This document shows positions 57,193 through 64,000 of a stretch of 64,000 bases of DNA, piece after piece. The notes beneath the pieces are model-generated. The model was not told the DNA's origin, did no database searches, and saw nothing but the letters and a program-made list of their open reading frames with translations. The translations under genes were made by a program, and so were the position numbers. Location of the stretch: assembly GCA_965248265.1 (NCBI GenBank), contig CBDFJF010000001.1, positions 2,816,001 to 2,880,000 of the forward strand. The letters are read 5' to 3'. The number at the start of each line of letters is the position of its first letter. Within the stretch, counting starts at the first letter, position 1. Source of the stretch: Candidatus Latescibacterota bacterium (GTDB lineage: Bacteria > Latescibacterota > UBA2968 > UBA8231).

Positions 57193-58350
57193 ATGAAAAT
57201 CACCGGCTACCGCACCGAGAGCTACACCTTCCGGCTGGACCGTGCCATCGGCGACTGCAACTACCCTGCTGGAATCGACGGCATGGGAGCTGGATTCCTC
57301 TGGATCGACACGGATGAGGGGATTTCCGGTGTTGCTCCCATGGAGGCTGAAGTGGAGTCACTGTTCCGCCTGATCGAGGGGGAGGATCCACGCGAGGTCA
57401 TCGGCCTTTGGCGCCGAATGGTCGACGAAGTCCATAAGGGCGGACTTGTGCTGGCATCCAGTGCCATCGCCGCCATCGACATCGCCCTATGGGATCTCAA
57501 AGCCAAGATTGCCGGCGAGCCCCTGTGGCGGACCTTCGGTGCTCTGGAGGGTCGAGCCAGGGCCTACGCCAGTGGCATCGACTACAACCTTTCGGACGAG
57601 GAGCTGCTCGCCTTCTACCAGCGCATGGCCGAATCCGGCGTCGACGGCGGCAAACTCAAGATCGGGCTCGACCTGGAAGCCGATATCCGTCGCATCGGTA
57701 TCATGCGGGAGGGGCTGTCCAGAGCATCGGACCGGCCTCACCTGTGCATCGACGTCAACGAGTACTGGTCACCGAAACAGACCGTCCGCTACATGGCCGA
57801 GATTGAGAAACACTATGACATCACCTGGATCGAGGAGCCGGCTCGACGCTGGGACCATGAAGGGCTCAAGCTGGTCTCGCAGCAGGTGAAGGCGGCCGTC
57901 GCCACCGGCGAGAACCTGCGTACCATCGGCGAGTTCTATCCGCTGGTGCAGCAGCAGGCCGTCGACATCCTCAGCATCTCCGCTACCCAGGCCGGCTTCA
58001 CTGGCTGCCGCCAGATCGCGCATCTGGCCCATGCCTACGAACTACCGGTGTCGATGATGAACTGCCAGGCCAACTTCATGGCTCACCTGGCAGCTGCCCT
58101 GCCAAACCATGTGTCGATGGAAGTCGTCGATCCTGGCCGTGAGCACTGTATTCGCTTTGACAGCCACGTCGAGGACGGCTTCATCGTTCTCGGCGACTCA
58201 CCCGGCCTCGGCATCGAAGTGGACGAGGAGAAGCTCCGCGAGCTGCAAGCCAAACCACCGGAGTTGTCAGGTCCCTTCCCTTTTCCACGCCGCGAAGGGG
58301 CGGGGCTGTACGTGAAGGGCTTTCAACCCGATGAAGTGAACTGGTCTTGA
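57193..58350 (+). CDS. Mandelate racemase/MLE family enolase (tandem paralog)
   Basis: IDIALWDLKAK, YASG, KLKIG, IDVNE, WIEEP, TGEN, PGLG. Confidence 0.92.
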   Translation: MKITGYRTESYTFRLDRAIGDCNYPAGIDGMGAGFLWIDTDEGISGVAPMEAEVESLFRLIEGEDPREVIGLWRRMVDEVHKGGLVLASSAIAAIDIALWDLKAKIAGEPLWRTFGALEGRARAYASGIDYNLSDEELLAFYQRMAESGVDGGKLKIGLDLEADIRRIGIMREGLSRASDRPHLCIDVNEYWSPKQTVRYMAEIEKHYDITWIEEPARRWDHEGLKLVSQQVKAAVATGENLRTIGEFYPLVQQQAVDILSISATQAGFTGCRQIAHLAHAYELPVSMMNCQANFMAHLAAALPNHVSMEVVDPGREHCIRFDSHVEDGFIVLGDSPGLGIEVDEEKLRELQAKPPELSGPFPFPRREGAGLYVKGFQPDEVNWS

Positions 58351-58441
58351 CGCTGCTCGCACTCTCCCGATTCCCTGGCCGCCAAGCTTAGCAGAGCACA
58401 GTTCGCCGACTCACCGATCCACTCCACCTCTCGCTGTCCAT

Positions 58442-58465
58442 TGTATGTACCTCTGTATGTACCTC
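58442..58465 (+). repeat. 12-bp tandem direct repeat TGTATGTACCTC x2
   Basis: Read directly upstream of the GntR promoter. Confidence 0.9.
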
Positions 58466-58505
58466 AGCCGATGTTTTCTTTCGAATATTTCTGTGTTGTA
58501 ATCTC

Positions 58506-58548
58506 TTGACTTTCCCATTGTCTTAGTGTACTATCTGTCTAAGACAAT
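58506..58548 (+). promoter_or_regulatory. Sigma70 promoter with overlapping inverted-repeat operator (GntR/YtrA type)
   Basis: TTGACT-N17-TACTAT; perfect inverted repeat ATTGTCTTAG-N12-CTAAGACAAT at 58517-58548. Confidence 0.75.
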
Positions 58549-58584
58549 AGTATGCCTCGTGTCTGACCCGGAGCTTTACAGACC

Positions 58585-58953
58585 ATGATCGTCGAATTCG
58601 ATCCGACCCGGCCGATTTACCTGCAGATCATTGAGGCCATTAAGAAAGGTGCTGCACAGGGAAGCTACCCGTGTGGCGAGAGGCTCCCTTCCGTCAGAGA
58701 CATGGCCAAACAGATGCGGGTGAATCCCAACACCATGTCGAGGGCCTATATGGAGCTGGAAAGAGAGGGGTTTATCATGACCCGGCGAGGAGAGGGCTCG
58801 TTCGTTACCGAAGACGCGGGTCGGATTGCCAGAGAGAAACACGCACTTGCACGAGCCGCTCGGGATCGCTTCGTCTCCGAGATACAGTCTCTGGCATTGA
58901 GACCGGGACAGGTAGAAGAGCTGCTGCGCAGCATTGGAGAGGAGACAGGCTAA
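58585..58953 (+). CDS. GntR family regulator, YtrA subfamily
   Basis: PIYLQI, GERLPSVRDMA, VNPNTM.RAY.ELE.EG, RRG.G.FV; short C-terminus; ABC genes follow. Confidence 0.92.
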   Translation: MIVEFDPTRPIYLQIIEAIKKGAAQGSYPCGERLPSVRDMAKQMRVNPNTMSRAYMELEREGFIMTRRGEGSFVTEDAGRIAREKHALARAARDRFVSEIQSLALRPGQVEELLRSIGEETG

Positions 58954-58955
58954 TC

Positions 58956-59645
58956 ATGATCGTCGTCGACAACTTGTGGAAAACCTACCCGGGAGCTACT
59001 GCCCTCCACGGGATTTCATTGCGCGTGGACAAGGGACGCGTCGTAGGCGTGCTGGGAGAAAACGGCAGCGGCAAGAGCACCCTGTTCAAGGTGCTTGCCG
59101 GTGTCGCCCGAGCAAGCGAGGGCACCGTTCTCATCGATGGAATGGAAATCAGCCGGGAAACCCGTAGGATGGTTTCGTATTTGCCCGAAATCAGCCCTTT
59201 CTACGACTGGATGAAGGTCGGTGAGCAACTCGACTTCGTCGCCGCCTTCTACCCGGACTGGCAACCAGACAAAGCAGCAGAGTTGCTGGAGTTGATGCGG
59301 CTGGACGCCGACCGCAAGGTCGGCGCCATGTCCGATGGCCAGAGAGCGCGGCTTAAAGTCGTGGCCGCTTTTGCCCGCCCCAGTGCCGTCGTGCTGATGG
59401 ATGAGCCGCTGGGAAGGATCGATCCGCCGTCACGCAGGCGCATTATCGAAGCGCTGTTGCACGAGTATCGCATGGGCGAGCAGACCATCCTCATCTCGAC
59501 GCATTTGGTAGATGAAATTGAGGAGCTCATCGAGGATGTGGTTTTTCTGCGCGAGGGTGAGATCGCTCTGTCAGGCAACTCGGATGAACTGCGCTCGGAA
59601 CGCAACCAGTCGCTTTGCGACATTTTCGAGGAGGTCGTGTCGTGA
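58956..59645 (+). CDS. ABC transporter ATP-binding protein
   Basis: GENGSGKST, MSDGQ, LMDEP, ISTH. Confidence 0.92.
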   Translation: MIVVDNLWKTYPGATALHGISLRVDKGRVVGVLGENGSGKSTLFKVLAGVARASEGTVLIDGMEISRETRRMVSYLPEISPFYDWMKVGEQLDFVAAFYPDWQPDKAAELLELMRLDADRKVGAMSDGQRARLKVVAAFARPSAVVLMDEPLGRIDPPSRRRIIEALLHEYRMGEQTILISTHLVDEIEELIEDVVFLREGEIALSGNSDELRSERNQSLCDIFEEVVS

Positions 59646-60472
59646 ACGAATGGAAGGCCCTTTATCTGAAGGAAATGCGTGAGCACCGGTCTGTGTTCGT
59701 CTTTTTGCTGGCTGTTACGGTCGTTACTGGCGTCGTGTCCGCGACCTCGGTTGGCTGGAACTCGGTCACATCGACTGTGTCGACAACCATGGACGGCGCG
59801 GGTCAATACGAGTGGTCGCCGCACATGCTGTGGGCGTTGGTCCCCTACATAATCGTCTTCATCCTGCCTTTCATGCTGACTCATTCCTTCGCGCAGGAGA
59901 TCAAGGGCCAGACACACTACTTGCTGTTGTCGTTGCCAGCCAGCCGCGTCGCTGTGTTTTTGTGCAAGATCACCGCGTTGGTATCGGTTGCTGTTGCCGT
60001 TTTCGTGTTGGCGACCGCGGCGACACACATTTTATACCTGCGCCTCGCGGAGCTGGCCGATATGTTCACCGGTTTGTCGATGACGAGAATTGCTCCGCAC
60101 CATCTATGGTTGCTCATCGGGGAGATCTATTTCGCGATGTTGTTTCTGCTGTTGGGAATCGCCAGCGGCATCGCCGGTCTTCGTCTCGTCGTCCGGCGCT
60201 TTCAGGGCCTGATGGCTGCCCTGTTCGTGGGCTGTGTCATTTACCTCTACGTTCGCCTGCTTTCTCCCGCCCGGGAGATTTTCGCCGGCTTGTTCGGCAC
60301 CTACCGGATTCCGCTGATCGAGGACTCTGGGGATTCAGGGTTTGCCATAGTTCGTATAGGCTGTGGCTCAGACATTGCGTCCGGCGTGGACGTTGCCATC
60401 TACACTGCCCTTTTCGGCATGGCCTTGATTGGTCTTGGCGTTTTCTTGTTCGACAGACGCGCTGAAGCCTGA
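59642..60472 (+). CDS. ABC-2 type permease
   Basis: About six TM segments; LYLKE, YLLLSLP.SR...F.CK. GTG overlaps the ATPase stop. Confidence 0.82.
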   Translation: MNEWKALYLKEMREHRSVFVFLLAVTVVTGVVSATSVGWNSVTSTVSTTMDGAGQYEWSPHMLWALVPYIIVFILPFMLTHSFAQEIKGQTHYLLLSLPASRVAVFLCKITALVSVAVAVFVLATAATHILYLRLAELADMFTGLSMTRIAPHHLWLLIGEIYFAMLFLLLGIASGIAGLRLVVRRFQGLMAALFVGCVIYLYVRLLSPAREIFAGLFGTYRIPLIEDSGDSGFAIVRIGCGSDIASGVDVAIYTALFGMALIGLGVFLFDRRAEA

Positions 60473-60544
60473 ACCCTGCGTTGTCAGCCCGTTCTCATCG
60501 ATCGACGACTGTTTTCCGGGGGCCGCCAGGATGCGGCCTGGCCC

Positions 60545-61645
60545 TTAGGAAACGCTCAGGCGGACCCAGCGCGTGTGGGTAACGCCATCGATCGTACACC
60601 AGAAGTAGGTGAGCAAATCCCCATCCGACAGTAACACCCCTCCAGGTCTTCCGAAGGCGATGAGCATGTGTTCGGCCAGGAAATTCTCGTGGTCGGGTTT
60701 GCCCAGGGTGGCCTCGGCGGCGGCATCGAAAACGACCACTTCGTTCTCAGTATCGTAGTTCGCCAGGTCTTCAGTAAGGGCGACGTGAATGCCCTGCGGA
60801 TCGTGGCGGAAGTTGTAGATGGCGGCCACGCGGCCGTCGGACAGCGGGATCGGCGTACAGTTCTGACCGCGCAGGTTGGTCGGTTCAGGATTCGTCCAGG
60901 TGCGGGCTTGATCCTCCGATATCATCCAGTGGTTGTTGAGATCTTCGGAGGTTCCATACCTGTGGGTCCATATGAGGGTGTAGATGCGTCCATCCGGCAT
61001 CACACTGTTCCTCTGATCCCACCACAGCATCTTCCCCGTGGGATCGTCGGCGAACACGGTGAACTCCCCCCACGTCACCCCCTGATCTGCTGAGAAGACG
61101 GCCGCTGCCTTCTGATCAGGCCGTCCCTCGTAGCCCTCCGGTTTCCAGGTTTCCAGCGGGTACATCCAGCGTTGCGGCGTCAGTTGGCGCAGGGCGCCGG
61201 AACTGTTCCAGGTATAGCGCTCAGGTGGCAGGTCGACGGGCACAACCTGGGGTGCCGACCAGGTGGCGCCGTTGTCCTGCGACCAGTGCAGGACCATCTC
61301 CGGACGCTGTAGCCCTTCGGAATCCGGATTGAACAGCACCCCGCCCATCTCGAAGCGGGTCGCCGTCATCACCAGGCGGCCATCGGGAACGACACCGATC
61401 TGCGGACCTCGATAGGTGAATCCGTCCTGAGGCATCCCGCCTCCGGCGTGGATGCTGCCTTGATTGGTCCAGGTGCTAAGGTCTGGGCTGTGCAGAACCT
61501 CAATATGGTTGTCGGGTGAGCCCAGGCTCTCGCCCACGTGCTGGGCGGCGATAAAGGTGCCGTCCGGCAGAGGTGTGATGTAGGCCATGTAGGCTCCGCG
61601 GCCCTGCTGGTGCGAGATGATTCCACCATCGACGATCTTCAGCAT
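60545..61645 (-). CDS. Sialidase-like BNR/Asp-box beta-propeller protein
   Basis: Asp-boxes SQDNGATW, SADQGVTW, SEDQARTW; FGRP near the C-terminus; no signal peptide. Confidence 0.8.
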   Translation of the reverse strand: MLKIVDGGIISHQQGRGAYMAYITPLPDGTFIAAQHVGESLGSPDNHIEVLHSPDLSTWTNQGSIHAGGGMPQDGFTYRGPQIGVVPDGRLVMTATRFEMGGVLFNPDSEGLQRPEMVLHWSQDNGATWSAPQVVPVDLPPERYTWNSSGALRQLTPQRWMYPLETWKPEGYEGRPDQKAAAVFSADQGVTWGEFTVFADDPTGKMLWWDQRNSVMPDGRIYTLIWTHRYGTSEDLNNHWMISEDQARTWTNPEPTNLRGQNCTPIPLSDGRVAAIYNFRHDPQGIHVALTEDLANYDTENEVVVFDAAAEATLGKPDHENFLAEHMLIAFGRPGGVLLSDGDLLTYFWCTIDGVTHTRWVRLSVS

Positions 61646-61687
61646 GTCCAGTTCTCGCTTTCTCTATGACTCATTGATGACCGAAAC

Positions 61688-63877
61688 TCATCGAAAGCAG
61701 CGCAGCTTGCCCTCCCAAGTCGCCACGCAAAGACCTCCGTTGTCCAACACCACGGGTGCGGCCGTGATCGGCGCCTCGAATCCGGTACCTGCTTCGCATT
61801 CTCCGGTCTCCTTGTTCAGCAAATACAGCATGGCGTCGAGACCGCACACGGCCAGGCGCTCTCCGTATAGAACGGGTGGCGCCAGCACCGTGCTGATGCC
61901 GCGGTGCTGGGCGGCCATGTCCAGCACGTTGGGTCCCGATTTGAAGCGCCACAACACCTCGCCCGCATCGAGCTGGCAAGCGATAACGCTGCCGCCGCAG
62001 GATCCGGCGTAGATGCGCCCATCGTTGACGGTGATTCCGGTGACATAGTTGTAGTCGAAGTCTGTCTCTTCCAGGACGCGCTTGTTCCACATATCCTCGC
62101 CGTCGCGCGCGTCAACGGCCAGCATGTAATCGGACTCGCCACTGCTGATGATGCGGTCGCCGACGAGGACGGGTGCCGCCCAGTAGTCCTGGCAGTTGGG
62201 CAGTGGTCTCTCCCATACTATGCGGCCGTCGTCGCGACGCATGGCCACCAAACCGCGGCGTGAAACCAGTGAGATCAACAAATCTTCGAACACCATCGGC
62301 TTGTAGTAGGCGCCCCATTTGTCGCCGATGTGGTCGGCCATCAGATCCAGGGTGCCGCTGAAGCGCCGGAACCACAGCTCCTCACCCGTGGCGATATCGT
62401 GCGCTCCGTACCCGGACTTGGCGCCGACGTAGACGACTCCGTCAGCGACCGTGGGTGAAGTCGCCGTCCAGCGCTCTGGGAAGCCGTGCGTATCGACCTG
62501 CCAAACGGTGTCACCCGTGGCCGCATCCAACCGTGACAGGCGTCCGCAGAAGGACAGGCTGAAAATCCCGCCGTCCGGGGAAGTGGCAACGCTGTTGCGG
62601 ATGGCCGAGTCCGTGTTCGTGCACCAGACCATCGATCCCTCGCTTTGACGCACGCGGCAGACACCGCCGTTGGCACCCTCGTCCTCGTCCTGCATGCTGA
62701 TGATCAGGTCCTCCTCGTACACGACCGGTGCGGCACGATGCACATGAGCTGGCAGCTCGGTCTCCCAGGCCAGTTTCAAACCAGAGGAAGCGGGACCGGT
62801 GCTGAGGATGGCCGGCGCCGGCGTCGTTACCTTGCGTCCGCCGACGGAGCGCAGCTTCACCTCCAACCGATCACCATCGAAATGCAGCGCTCTGTACCCT
62901 CTGGGATTGGTCTCGAGTCCACCCCAGCCGAGCGCCGGGGTCGATGCCACCAGGATATCGCGGTAACTGAATACCTTGCTGGAGTGGGTGTGACCGTGCA
63001 GGACCAGGCGGACGTCATACTCGGCCAACTGGTCCAGCCACTCCCGCCTCGGGGGCATGTGGGTGCCGATGACGATGGGCCGGCCCTGCGGCTGTCGTGC
63101 CAGATCCGCCGCCAACCAGCGCTCCTTGCGGATCTGATCGTACAGCGAGAACGCGTAGTGCTCGTTGGGGTAGATGGTGAAATGCCAGTCGCCGTAGTCG
63201 AAGCTGTAGTGCGTCGGACCGACGATGGTTTCGAAGTAACCGGTCACAGTTTTGCCGAGGGCACTGTCGGTGAACCAGCCGCGGATCTCACCGCCGGGCT
63301 CCGCTGGCTCGTCGGGTTTGCGGTGAAGGAGGTCATTGGCATCATGGGTGCCGAAGCCGGAGTAGATCCTCAGGTCGCATGCATCAATCACCGAGTGGTA
63401 GGCTTTCAATTCAGCGGTCGATCCGTTCTCGGTCAGATCACCGGTGGCGATGACGAAATCCGGGGCCAGATCGTCCTCGACGGCCTGCAGGCCATCGCGC
63501 AGGGTTTCGGGCAGCACGAAGCCGTCGCGCAGCTTTCCCCCTTTGGCGTCCTCTGGAACCTGGACATGCAGATCGGTAATGTGGGCAACCGCGAACTTCG
63601 ATGAAGCGGACTCATGCCGTTGAAGCGTGAAGGTATGGCCGCCCTCGTCGGCGAATTGCAGGCGCCGGTAGTGGCCATCGCTGGTACTGGAATATCCTTG
63701 TGGGACCGTGATCGTCAGAAAGCGGTGAACGCCGGCGCGAACCTCGATCTCATACTGGCCGCTGTCGTTCGTGCATTCGATGAGCTCACCGTTGGCAACC
63801 GCAACTCCGGTGACCCCCTTGCCTTGGGTGTCGACGACGGAACCTGTCAGATGGATTATCTTGCCGAACTCAGCCAT
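61688..63877 (-). CDS. Metallophosphoesterase fused to a PQQ-like (BamB-type) beta-propeller
   Basis: N-terminal GV.V.NG...T..SG.Y module; ITDLH, TGDL, GTHD, THMP, HGHTH; repeated A.D..TG...W blades; RBS AGGAG. Confidence 0.85.
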   Translation of the reverse strand: MAEFGKIIHLTGSVVDTQGKGVTGVAVANGELIECTNDSGQYEIEVRAGVHRFLTITVPQGYSSTSDGHYRRLQFADEGGHTFTLQRHESASSKFAVAHITDLHVQVPEDAKGGKLRDGFVLPETLRDGLQAVEDDLAPDFVIATGDLTENGSTAELKAYHSVIDACDLRIYSGFGTHDANDLLHRKPDEPAEPGGEIRGWFTDSALGKTVTGYFETIVGPTHYSFDYGDWHFTIYPNEHYAFSLYDQIRKERWLAADLARQPQGRPIVIGTHMPPRREWLDQLAEYDVRLVLHGHTHSSKVFSYRDILVASTPALGWGGLETNPRGYRALHFDGDRLEVKLRSVGGRKVTTPAPAILSTGPASSGLKLAWETELPAHVHRAAPVVYEEDLIISMQDEDEGANGGVCRVRQSEGSMVWCTNTDSAIRNSVATSPDGGIFSLSFCGRLSRLDAATGDTVWQVDTHGFPERWTATSPTVADGVVYVGAKSGYGAHDIATGEELWFRRFSGTLDLMADHIGDKWGAYYKPMVFEDLLISLVSRRGLVAMRRDDGRIVWERPLPNCQDYWAAPVLVGDRIISSGESDYMLAVDARDGEDMWNKRVLEETDFDYNYVTGITVNDGRIYAGSCGGSVIACQLDAGEVLWRFKSGPNVLDMAAQHRGISTVLAPPVLYGERLAVCGLDAMLYLLNKETGECEAGTGFEAPITAAPVVLDNGGLCVATWEGKLRCFR

Positions 63878-63904
63878 TCAAAAACTCTCCTGAAAGCACG
63901 CTGG

Positions 63905-64000
63905 CTATCGTTGGGATTGGCATGCGTTGACGGCATGCGCCTCGGCCAGCGGGTCATCCGCCTCCATCACGAGCCCAGGCCAGCCCATAATCACCTCTGG
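63905..64000 (-). CDS. Possible 3' end of an upstream gene (partial)
   Basis: Open frame PEVIMGWPGLVMEADDPLAEAHAVNACQSQR* ending about 28 nt before the next ATG. Confidence 0.3.
   Translation of the reverse strand, partial: PEVIMGWPGLVMEADDPLAEAHAVNACQSQR

Noticed and set aside
1-64000. tRNA, rRNA, prophage, IS element or known defence system
   Set aside because: No cloverleaf, rRNA-like tract, integrase, transposase, phage structural gene or recognisable defence gene was seen by eye. A covariance-model or HMM search could still find small elements.

Overview
GC-rich (roughly 60%), densely coding bacterial chromosomal segment. By inference it looks like an FCB-group/Latescibacterota-type marine lineage: a T9SS/FlgD-like C-terminal domain, a C-terminal WGxxK motif, a DUF6785-like membrane protein and several enolase, Gfo/Idh/MocA and PhyH paralogs. 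I saw no rRNA, tRNA, CRISPR array, integrase or transposase. Content is mostly catabolic enzymes, two histidine kinases, an MMPL/LolA-like/OM-protein/TetR/ALDH operon, a GntR(YtrA)-ABC operon, crcB, an ArsI-SigZ pair, a DEAD-box helicase with SWIB, two adenylate kinases and SUI1. Several features are missed or mis-split by the ORF track. (1) A secreted AhpC/TSA-like selenoprotein (52589-53158, minus) has an in-frame UGA in a UxxC motif followed by a SECIS-like hairpin. (2) A large secreted beta-helix/FN3 protein runs off the left edge. (3) Three genes are disrupted: an enolase by a +1 frameshift, DUF190 by an internal deletion, and an ALDH by a 19-bp tandem duplication. Other oddities are a 14-blade beta-propeller/Y_Y_Y histidine kinase with no signal peptide or TM helix, a tandem Zn-finger + atypical adenylate kinase + small membrane protein operon, apparent pseudo-enzymes (RNase II-like and CocE-like) and an in-frame L7Ae-enolase fusion. 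Family assignments come from motif recognition, not database searches.
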